The position numbers were made by a program, and so were the translations under genes. Positions 25,300-33,791 of a stretch of DNA of 64,000 nt are shown here, in pieces. The notes beneath the pieces are model-generated. The model ran no database searches and was not told the origin of the DNA. It was given only the letters and a program-made list of their open reading frames with translations. Source of the stretch: an uncultured delta proteobacterium (GTDB lineage Bacteria > Desulfobacterota > Desulfomonilia > Desulfomonilales > Desulfomonilaceae); contig CAWBKB010000005.1 of NCBI GenBank assembly GCA_963789265.1, positions 224,001 through 288,000 of the forward strand, given 5' to 3'. Every line of letters begins with the position of its first letter. The stretch's first letter is position 1.

Positions 25300-26310
25300 A
25301 TGACCTTCCTCGTCGGACACGAAAACAATCTGGCCTTGCTGAAGCAGACCGTCACAGAAGGACGGCCGGCTCATGCCTATCTGTTCACCGGGCCGGAAGG
25401 GATCGGCAAGAAGCGGATAGGGCTTAGATTTGCCTGCCTTCTGAATTGTCACGGCGCACATGAAAATCTGGAAGGTTCTTGCTCCGTATGTCGCAGGATA
25501 ATCGCTGAAAAGCACCCTGATGTGACGATTGAAAGGCCTGAAAGGGGCATGATCCGTATCGATCGCATACGGAATCTTCAGGCTTTTTTCAAGTATGCGC
25601 CAGTTGAGGGTCGATACAGGGTGACGATTATCGATGATGCGCATCTGATGAACAGGTCAGCCCAAAATGCTCTTCTGAAAACCCTGGAAGAGCCTCCATC
25701 CGGCCGTGTTCTTATTCTGGTCACTTCAAGACCTTCTTTATTGCTTCCTACAGTGCGGTCGAGGACCCGGCGGATGCGATTCAACCCTATACCCTTGTCC
25801 TCGCTGGCTAAGCTGTTGGAACAAATGGGGATCCCCTTGGAAAAGGCTCGTGCATTGGCGGTTATGTCGTCCGGAAGCGTCGCCAGGGCCATGGAGATGG
25901 ATGCGTCAAGCTTCCTTGATCTCCGGGAGCGGATCGTATCGGCCCTCTCCGATCCCAAGGGGAAAACAATCGGCGGATTGTTGGAGCTTTCAGCCACGAT
26001 TTCCACTGATAAACATACCGCGGTCCAGGCAATAGAAATAGCAACTACGTGGATTCGAGACCTGCTCGTTGAGCAGGCCGGCTTCGATCTCACGGAGCGA
26101 ATTCACGGAGATTTCCTTGACAGAATCGCCTCGGCGGCTCAACATGATAATAGTAGACAACTGCTTTCGGTCTACGATGAACTGGTGAAGGCATCTTCCC
26201 TCATTGAGTCTGACATCAATGTAAACCGGAACCTAGTTACTGATGTAATGCTTCTGCGGATAGCCCGCATATTAGCCGGACCTTCGCTCGGCGTGGTATT
26301 GGCCGGCTGA
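25300..26310 (+). CDS. holB: DNA polymerase III delta' subunit
   Basis: AHAYLFTGPEGIGK, HPDV, NALLKTLEEPP, LPTVRSR. Confidence 0.92.
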   Translation: MTFLVGHENNLALLKQTVTEGRPAHAYLFTGPEGIGKKRIGLRFACLLNCHGAHENLEGSCSVCRRIIAEKHPDVTIERPERGMIRIDRIRNLQAFFKYAPVEGRYRVTIIDDAHLMNRSAQNALLKTLEEPPSGRVLILVTSRPSLLLPTVRSRTRRMRFNPIPLSSLAKLLEQMGIPLEKARALAVMSSGSVARAMEMDASSFLDLRERIVSALSDPKGKTIGGLLELSATISTDKHTAVQAIEIATTWIRDLLVEQAGFDLTERIHGDFLDRIASAAQHDNSRQLLSVYDELVKASSLIESDINVNRNLVTDVMLLRIARILAGPSLGVVLAG

Positions 26311-26331
26311 TGAAAGATTGACGAGAAACCA

Positions 26332-27597
26332 ATGAAAGACGCCACCTATCTTCCAAGGTCGTACGGATCTAGTACTCGAGGAAAAGTCGTTAACGAACAC
26401 GTGGACCAAACTGCTCACACCGCAAACGCCACCGAGAGCGCGAATCGCGTGGAAGAAGCTGCGGGGCAGCCTGAAGATGAGTTGACATTAGAGCAAGCTC
26501 CCGCTGAGCTCCGAGATGATTCTGAGGATGATTTCTCCGGTGGATGTGACGAATTCGACGACGGACTCGTAGACCCAACAATTGAAAATGAGCCGTCTAT
26601 TTCACTCAAAACCCATCCCCATTTGATAAGTTATAAGAAAGCCAGTGCCCAGGCGAGCCTGATCGCCTCTGAAGTCACCGACGAAGGGCACCTTCCATTG
26701 ATAAAAGTGAAGGTGGTAGGAGTTCGCTTCGGATACGCCTGCAAAATCTATCACTTCGACGCGGGAGACATGGACCTGGCTGCCGGTGACTGGGTGATTG
26801 TAAAGACTGAAAAAGGCAATGGACTGGGACATGTAGTTTTGGCTCCCTTTGAACGTTTCATAGATGCGTCTCAACTTGAAGGTTTGAGGAATGTTATCAG
26901 GAAGGCCTGTAAGGTTGATTTCGACCAGAAGGAGCGCTGTACTGAAAGGGAGACGGAAGCTTACGCCGATTGTCTGGAAAGGATTGAAGTTCTGGGACTT
27001 GACATGAAATTGGTCGCAGTCGAATGCTTTTTCGATGGGTCCAAGTATGTCTTCTATTTTACCGCGGACGGACGGGTCGATTTCCGAGAGTTGGTGAAGC
27101 AGCTCGTGGCCCGTTTCCCGGTTAGAATTGAAATGAGGCAAATAGGGGTCAGACATGAGGCAAAAATGACGGGTGGGCTGGCCTGCTGCGGACAGGAGCT
27201 GTGTTGCTCCCGTTTTTTGACGGATTTCCGGCCCGTATCGGTAAAAATGGCAAAGACCCAGAACCTTTCCCTAAACCCAACAAAGATTTCCGGTGTATGT
27301 GGCCGTCTCATGTGCTGCCTGGGGTATGAACACGACACTTACGAAGAATTTAGGAAACAACTACCGAAGGTCGGAAAAGCAGTCAAAACCCAAAAGGGGG
27401 ATGGAGTGGTTGTCAAACATAATCCTCTCGCCGAAAGTATTTTCGTTCGCGTGGACGAAGAAAACATAGTAGAAGTTGGCAGGGACGAACTCATTCAAGA
27501 GGTTGGGAGTTCGGGGCAAAAGAGGTGTTCGGCATGCGCTGAGGTGGGGGAGTTGAAGACCAAGGATTGTGACGAGTCGCCGCGCGACCGCGCATGA
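26332..27597 (+). CDS. PSP1-domain (RicT/YaaT) protein with acidic N-terminal extension
   Basis: FTADGRVDFRELVK, RIEMRQIGVR, CGQELCC, KISGVCGRLMCCL; follows holB. Confidence 0.9.
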   Translation: MKDATYLPRSYGSSTRGKVVNEHVDQTAHTANATESANRVEEAAGQPEDELTLEQAPAELRDDSEDDFSGGCDEFDDGLVDPTIENEPSISLKTHPHLISYKKASAQASLIASEVTDEGHLPLIKVKVVGVRFGYACKIYHFDAGDMDLAAGDWVIVKTEKGNGLGHVVLAPFERFIDASQLEGLRNVIRKACKVDFDQKERCTERETEAYADCLERIEVLGLDMKLVAVECFFDGSKYVFYFTADGRVDFRELVKQLVARFPVRIEMRQIGVRHEAKMTGGLACCGQELCCSRFLTDFRPVSVKMAKTQNLSLNPTKISGVCGRLMCCLGYEHDTYEEFRKQLPKVGKAVKTQKGDGVVVKHNPLAESIFVRVDEENIVEVGRDELIQEVGSSGQKRCSACAEVGELKTKDCDESPRDRA

Positions 27598-27929
27598 CGA
27601 GCGGTATGCAGAATGCCGCGGACGACCTGGAACCTCGGGTTACTTCTGAAGAGGATCGAGGCTTATAGCATCAGTCAAAAATTTTGTCCGATTTGCTCCG
27701 CGTTTAGCGGGGTCACCTCGGACGCCGATCAGGGATCCAGTCTATCCCGCGTCGCGCGGGACCGTGTGCGTGGGAATAAAGATAAAAAGCCCCGGAGGGC
27801 AAGTCTTCAAATGACTGTGCTTCCAATGAACAAAGAGACATTTTGGGGGACAACTTCTATAAGCGTTCCCGTGCGCTCTGCTTGGCCTTGGTCGCTAAAT
27901 CTCAAGAGGCTTTTTTGAAAGCGGTAACC

Positions 27930-28823
27930 ATGAAATTCGGCACGAGAAATCGAAACCATACCGATGGCCGAGCGATTGGTAGCTTGATAGCATTCCGGTG
28001 CTGCCTGTTTGCCGCGCTTACAGCCGCGACCTTTTTTCTTTCCTGGACTAATGGTGAGTGCGGTGTGGTCTACGACCGGGTGATGAAAAGGGGAAGCGTG
28101 CGTATAGGAGTCCCCTACAACAGTATCCCTCAGGGATTTCTCAAATCATCCGGCGAATGGGTCGGCTTTGAGTTGGATCTGGCTTCAGAATTGGCCAAGC
28201 ACATGAGCCTCAAACTGGAGTCGGTTAAAGTCAACGAACAAACGTGGGGGCCTATGCTGACGCAAGGTCGGATAGACGCCGCTTTTTGCCGGATAACACA
28301 CAGGCGTTCTCTGGAGAGCGCTTTCGATTTTTCCGTCCCCTATTTTTTTGACTCCCGGAGCATTCTCATTCTTAAAGGCAGCTTTAAATCAGCCAGTGAC
28401 CTCAAAGGCAACAAGATCGCCGTGGTACAAGGTTCCGCTGCCGAAAAAGCCGCTATGCATCTCCTCAAAGAGGCCGGTGACCCTAACGCTGAAAAGAATG
28501 TGGTATCATTTCCGGATCGGCCCACATGTTTTATGGCTTTGGGGCAGGGTAAAGTTGCGGGATGGATGGATTCCGGAATGACCTTGATCGAATACTCTTC
28601 CCGCAGCGCCGGCCGTTTCGAGCTTCTCAGTGCCTCCGATGCGATCGAAGAGGTTGCTGCGGCCCTTCCTCAGAACGATTCCGCATGGCGGGACCTCATC
28701 AACTTTACCATCCAGGACATGGCGGCGGACGGCTCTTTCAAGAAGATATATGACCGGTGGTTCGGGCCCAAAACTCCTTACGCATTCCCTACAAAACGAT
28801 CCATTGACATCTGGCCGGAATGA
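27930..28823 (+). CDS. Amino-acid ABC transporter substrate-binding protein (family 3)
   Basis: GEWVGFELDLA, DFSVPYF, QNDSAWRDLIN, KIYDRWFG; no permease genes adjacent. Confidence 0.85.
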   Translation: MKFGTRNRNHTDGRAIGSLIAFRCCLFAALTAATFFLSWTNGECGVVYDRVMKRGSVRIGVPYNSIPQGFLKSSGEWVGFELDLASELAKHMSLKLESVKVNEQTWGPMLTQGRIDAAFCRITHRRSLESAFDFSVPYFFDSRSILILKGSFKSASDLKGNKIAVVQGSAAEKAAMHLLKEAGDPNAEKNVVSFPDRPTCFMALGQGKVAGWMDSGMTLIEYSSRSAGRFELLSASDAIEEVAAALPQNDSAWRDLINFTIQDMAADGSFKKIYDRWFGPKTPYAFPTKRSIDIWPE

Positions 28824-28878
28824 CAATTCCCCACAGCCCCAAAGCGCTTGCAATGTCAACGCTGTCGGAGAACAGCCC

Positions 28879-30804
28879 ATGAAACGAGTGATCCTCGGCA
28901 CCGCCGGCCACATAGATCATGGAAAGACCGAGTTGGTGCGGGCCCTCACAGGTATTGAGACTGACCGCCTCAAAGAAGAAAAACAGCGAGGCATAAGCAT
29001 AGAGCTGGGGTTTGCTTTCCTGGATCTAGATAAGGACATCCGTATGGGGATTGTGGACGTCCCGGGACACGAGAAATTTGTCCGGCACATGGTGGCCGGC
29101 TCGGGCGGCATAGATATAGCGTTGTTGGTAATTGCTTTGGACGAGGGGGTAATGCCGCAGACTGTGGAGCACCTTGACATCCTGAGCCTACTCTCAATCC
29201 GACAAGGTTTGGTGGTGCTGACGAAGCTGGATCTGGTGGATGAGGAGCTGGCTCTCTTGGCCGAAGAAGATGCAAAAGAGGCCGTTAAGGGAACTTTTCT
29301 GGAAGGCGCTCCCATGATTCGCGTATCTTCCAGGACCGGTGCCGGAATAGATCGACTGCGCACGGCACTCACACAATTGGCTGCGCAAGTCACCCAGCGT
29401 CCTGTTCACGGCCTGCTTCGCCTGCCCGTGGACAGAGTCTTTACCATGAAGGGGCATGGGACGGTTGTAACCGGAACACTCATATCGGGCACACTGTCAA
29501 CTGGGGACGATGTGGAGATACTGCCGGGAGGCCTACGTTCTTCGGTTCGTTCACTGGAGTCTCACAACCGGCCCGAAGTGAAAGTCTTTCCCGGAGAACG
29601 GGTCGCGGTCAATCTGCGTGGGTTGGAACAGGCCCAGATCCACAGAGGAGAAGTATTGACTCACCCCGGGGAGTTCCAACCCTCGTACATGGTCGACGTG
29701 AAGCTTAAAGCTCTTGCGCGTTGTCCGACTGCTCTGAAGAATCGTAGGAAAGTTAGGCTGCATCACTACACTTCAGAAGTTGAAGCTCGCGTTGTGCTTC
29801 CGGGTTTGGAAAGCGTGGAGCCCGGTCAGGAAACGTTAGCACAGTTGCGAACCTCTTTTCCCGTTGTTCCATCCACCGGAGACCACTTTGTTATTAGGGG
29901 ACTCTCTCCGTCCATCACCCTTGGAGGAGGCGTGGTCCTTAATCCGAGAGGAGTCAAACTAAAGGCCCGCTCAGTCAAGTCATTCGCGGAATTGGGTGAC
30001 CAGGACGACACTGCCATTGTAGCCTCGTTAGTGCGGAGCTGCGGTTTGTCCGGCGTTGCACGCAACGAATTGTTGGGGATGTCCGGCTTTTCCGCCAAGC
30101 GATTGGACAAGACCCTGGATTCTCTTCGAAACTCCAGGACTGTGATCCGCTTTGATCCTTCTGAAAATAGGATGATACACGGCGACTTCTTCGATGTGGT
30201 AAAGAGCAAGATACTCAACAGACTCTCCATCTTTCACAGGGATCAGCCGCTCAAGGCAGGCATATCCAAACAAGAGTTACGGTCAATCGTCCCGGGCGGG
30301 GACAAGCTGTTCAAGACTGTAATTGAGAGCCTGGTTTCCAAAGGTGACGTCGTGGACCAGGGGGAAACGATTCGCCTTTCATCTCACGAGATCCGGCTCA
30401 AAGAAGATGAAAAGGGGCTTAAAGAGCGTCTGATGAAAATGATCGTTCAAGGAGGAAATTCGCCGCCGGTCCTTAAAGAAATACTTCAAGCCACCGGAAC
30501 GGATGTCAAGCAGATCCGGAACCTCTTGAATCTTCTGGAAAAGGAAGGTCAAGTTGTTAGAGTCAAAGAAGACATTTACTTTTCGGCGACTTTTGTCAAA
30601 GGAGTTAAGCAAAAGCTTGTCGAATTCATACAGCGGGAAGGGGGTTTGACCCCTTCGCAGTTTCATGAGATTACCGGATCGTCCAGGAAGTACAATATAC
30701 CTCTGCTTGAGTATTTCGACCGTGAGCGTTTCACTATGAGAATAGGAGATCAACGTGTGCTGAGAGGCTTGGGAACCTCCGGCGACGGAGGTAAGGTCGA
30801 ATAA
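28879..30804 (+). CDS. selB: Selenocysteine-specific elongation factor
   Basis: GTAGHIDHGKT, DRLKEEKQRGISIELGF, DVPGHEKF, C-terminal winged helix SRKYNIPLLEYFD. Confidence 0.97.
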   Translation: MKRVILGTAGHIDHGKTELVRALTGIETDRLKEEKQRGISIELGFAFLDLDKDIRMGIVDVPGHEKFVRHMVAGSGGIDIALLVIALDEGVMPQTVEHLDILSLLSIRQGLVVLTKLDLVDEELALLAEEDAKEAVKGTFLEGAPMIRVSSRTGAGIDRLRTALTQLAAQVTQRPVHGLLRLPVDRVFTMKGHGTVVTGTLISGTLSTGDDVEILPGGLRSSVRSLESHNRPEVKVFPGERVAVNLRGLEQAQIHRGEVLTHPGEFQPSYMVDVKLKALARCPTALKNRRKVRLHHYTSEVEARVVLPGLESVEPGQETLAQLRTSFPVVPSTGDHFVIRGLSPSITLGGGVVLNPRGVKLKARSVKSFAELGDQDDTAIVASLVRSCGLSGVARNELLGMSGFSAKRLDKTLDSLRNSRTVIRFDPSENRMIHGDFFDVVKSKILNRLSIFHRDQPLKAGISKQELRSIVPGGDKLFKTVIESLVSKGDVVDQGETIRLSSHEIRLKEDEKGLKERLMKMIVQGGNSPPVLKEILQATGTDVKQIRNLLNLLEKEGQVVRVKEDIYFSATFVKGVKQKLVEFIQREGGLTPSQFHEITGSSRKYNIPLLEYFDRERFTMRIGDQRVLRGLGTSGDGGKVE

Positions 30805-31241
30805 TAGTCAGCTATTTTCTTAATATGGTTAAGACAGTCCGTCCTTTGTGCTTCGAAGTGTCGGGCTGTGTCAGGCGTCTTGTCTTGTATGTACTCGATC
30901 AGTGCCTGGGCCTGATGATCCAAGCACCCATAAGCATTGTCAAGGAGCCCGATAAGGTGCTTGTCCGCGTTTGAAATCCGGCTTGCAGAAACGGCCTTGA
31001 ATTTGGCCCGAATTATTCGGACCCTTTTTCGGACGTTCGTGGCGATCTCGAGGGCAGTCCCTTTGGGAATTATGTCTCCCACAAATCCGTCAGCAGTAGT
31101 TCCCATCAGAAGAAAAGAGTCATTGAGATAAGCGGTAGCGGTCTCACCGAAGGCATTGAGAAACACCGCTTCATCAGCTCCGCGTGACATTGTAGGACAC
31201 AGTAGTGAGATGAAAATGAACAGGCAAGCAATTCGTTTCAT
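30750..31241 (-). CDS. Secreted helical hypothetical protein
   Basis: Signal peptide MKRIACLFIFISLLCPTMSRG; its 3' end overlaps the selB 3' end. Confidence 0.65.
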   Translation of the reverse strand: MKRIACLFIFISLLCPTMSRGADEAVFLNAFGETATAYLNDSFLLMGTTADGFVGDIIPKGTALEIATNVRKRVRIIRAKFKAVSASRISNADKHLIGLLDNAYGCLDHQAQALIEYIQDKTPDTARHFEAQRTDCLNHIKKIADYYSTLPPSPEVPKPLSTR

Positions 31242-31334
31242 AACTAACACGATCTCGAATAATATTCCGGGTTTTGCGAGGCCGGTTCGCGGCAAAACTC
31301 ATATCACGACGACAGAAAGGAGACAACCTTTTTC

Positions 31335-31870
31335 ATGAGAATACTTCTTCATGCGTGCTGTGCACCTTGCCTGGTGTACCCCTCGACGACTTGCGCTCCG
31401 AGGGCCACGAGATTACCGCCGTGTTCTTCAATCCAAACATACACCCTTATACTGAATACCTACGCAGGTTTGACGCCTTTACAGTCTATACAAGCGGAAA
31501 CAGCGTTCGGGTACTCACGGAGGATTTCCAGGAGGGTATGGAAGAATGGTTCCGTGAGGTAGTATTCAGGGAAGCTCAACGGTGCCGGCTCTGCTTCAAC
31601 TTCAGAATTGACAGGATCGCTCGGCTCGCCGAGACCAAGGGATTCGACGCGTTCTCCACTACGTTGTTGTACAGCCGCTTTCAAAAACACGAACTCCTGA
31701 AGTCGGTTTGCGAGGCAGTTTCTGAAAAATACGGAATCCCCTTTGTTTATAGGGACTGGCGCACAGGCTGGAATGAAGGCGTCAAGCGGTATCGGAAACT
31801 GGGTCTTTACCGCCAGAAATATTGTGGCTGTGTGTACAGTGAAAAGGAACGCGCTCAGAAAATCATGTGA
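31335..31870 (+). CDS. queH: Epoxyqueuosine reductase QueH, 1-nt deletion near 31380
   Basis: LLHACCAPC, FNPNIHP, RCRLC, FSTTLLYS, YRQKYCGCVYS. Confidence 0.92.
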
Positions 31871-32074
31871 GAGGATGCATTCGCATTAGCTTCTAAGCGG
31901 AAAAAGACTCTCATTGCAAATCCGGCGAAACGTGAGACGAAGCAATCCTCGCAATCACGAAGAACTGACAGTTGCCCCTTGTGAGTAATTGGTGACCTCG
32001 CCACTATAGAAGATTCCCGCACGGCTTCACCGTGGGAAATGACCGGATTGCAGGCCAAGCCTTAGGTACAGGCA

Positions 32075-32269
32075 TTAGCTTTCATCAGGCTTCGGCACAG
32101 TGAGACATCGTCCTTTTTCAGAAATTTTGTCCCTGCGCGCACCGGTATGACCCAGAGGATATAAACCAGCTTGCATAGCACAGTATGCGCACATACACTT
32201 GTTTTCGCGAGTGTAGACCTCGTTTTCAGAAATCTCTTTGCCGCAATTATTGCACGACGCATGTTCCAT
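32075..32269 (-). CDS. Small Zn-finger-like protein (CxxC...CxxC)
   Basis: CNNCGKEI...CMCAYC; AGGGG upstream of the start. Confidence 0.6.
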   Translation of the reverse strand: MEHASCNNCGKEISENEVYTRENKCMCAYCAMQAGLYPLGHTGARRDKISEKGRCLTVPKPDES

Positions 32270-32520
32270 GCTAATTTCCCCCTGTTCATGCTATCAGTCA
32301 TTTCCGTTTCTACATATACTTCGCCACGAATCCTCCAGTCAATCAGAATAGTTCCGGTGGTCGCCATCTGACCGAAGCTCCGCGGGTCACCATTATACGC
32401 GAGCTCGCGTAGGGGGTGGTGAACCGTCCCGCGAAACGCTGGATCCGTGTCGCAGTCATCGAGGACCTCTCTGCTAAGCTTTTGGGGACGACTCCAACGG
32501 CATGGTTCCCCTGCGTTCGC

Positions 32521-32645
32521 ACATAGGCGTTAAGATAACAAAGAGTCCTCTGTAATTTCAGTTAGTTGTCCCCCTCCCCTGCCCCCTCCTTTGATGGGAG
32601 GGGGATTTTTGAGCGAATCCTCCGCTCTTATCTTAACGCCTATGT
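32521..32645. mobile_element. 125-bp MITE with 18-bp terminal inverted repeats and 8-bp target-site duplication
   Basis: ACATAGGCGTTAAGATAA / TTATCTTAACGCCTATGT; flanking GCGTTCGC at 32513-32520 and 32646-32653. Confidence 0.8.
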
Positions 32646-32823
32646 GCGTTCGCTGGGTTCACCTCATCCGATGCACTGGTCGGCCTCCTCTTTCACAGCG
32701 GAGTGTAAGGCATTATCTCTGTGTAATTAAATAGTTGAATGCGACGAAAATTTTAGGTTGTCGCCGAATCGGTGGAGAGTGTATAAAGATCGTTCATCCC
32801 AAACTCTGCTGATGGAATCATTG

Positions 32824-33723
32824 ATGAAGATTTTTCGGCATTGCCGCGCTTGGCGGTACGCTCTTCTGGTCGGCGTGGTCGTAACGGCATTTGCCGTGGA
32901 AGCAACGGCGAAAGGGACGTCAGATGTCACGCGCGCAAATACCCCCCTTGCGCATACTCGTTCCTGGGTAATGATTGGCCTTTCTCCCGATGGATGCTCG
33001 GGGGGATGCAGGCACGTCTTTTCGGTCATAAAGAAGCTAAGCGGTAATCCCAACGGTATTGTAGTTCACTTCAGCAAGGTGACTCCTGAGTGGCTTGCAG
33101 AGCTTCAGCCCGCGTTTATCATTCTCAGCCCCCAGGGAACACCCTGGTGCCGCTACACCGGCGAAATGGGCGTTTCACTTCAGAATTTCCTCTGGATGCT
33201 GCCTATGGCAGCCGAAGAGATGAATATCCCTATATTGGGTATATGCGGCGGCCATCAAGCGCTGGCGCTGGCATTCGGGGGGAAGGTCGGCCCCATTAGG
33301 GCCGGTGAAGATGATTGCATGCCGTACACTCGAGATCGCCAGGGAGGCGTGGTACCCTTGACACTCCTGGCCCCCGATCCGATCTTCAAGGGTATTGGCA
33401 GTACCATGCGGATTGTGGAGAGCCATTTTGACGAAGTTAAGGTATTACCGCCGGGTTTCGTGTTATTGGCCTCGAACAAACTCAGCCCCAACCAGATCAT
33501 GCGGCACCCTACAAAACCGGTTTACGGAGTTCAGGGGCATCCGGAGTGTTTTTACGGTAGCCATTCCGGGGGGAGAATCTTAATCCGGAACTTTCTTGAG
33601 ATTGCCTTGGCTCACGATCAGGCCCTCAAAAGTGCTCACGCGCCGGCAATGCCAAGACTCCTTTCCTTTTTTGTCCCAGGGATGGGCCTACTGAACAGCT
33701 ACGATGATTCTGAAAGATTTTGA
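32824..33723 (+). CDS. Class I glutamine amidotransferase / peptidase C26-like protein with signal peptide
   Basis: PILGICGGHQ nucleophile elbow, VQGHPE; hydrophobic N-terminus. Confidence 0.8.
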   Translation: MKIFRHCRAWRYALLVGVVVTAFAVEATAKGTSDVTRANTPLAHTRSWVMIGLSPDGCSGGCRHVFSVIKKLSGNPNGIVVHFSKVTPEWLAELQPAFIILSPQGTPWCRYTGEMGVSLQNFLWMLPMAAEEMNIPILGICGGHQALALAFGGKVGPIRAGEDDCMPYTRDRQGGVVPLTLLAPDPIFKGIGSTMRIVESHFDEVKVLPPGFVLLASNKLSPNQIMRHPTKPVYGVQGHPECFYGSHSGGRILIRNFLEIALAHDQALKSAHAPAMPRLLSFFVPGMGLLNSYDDSERF

Positions 33724-33791
33724 AAGGCCTATTTCGGGAGATCTTGGAAAGATGCTTCTTGGTAATGACTGTCCGGCAATATGCCGTTGTT

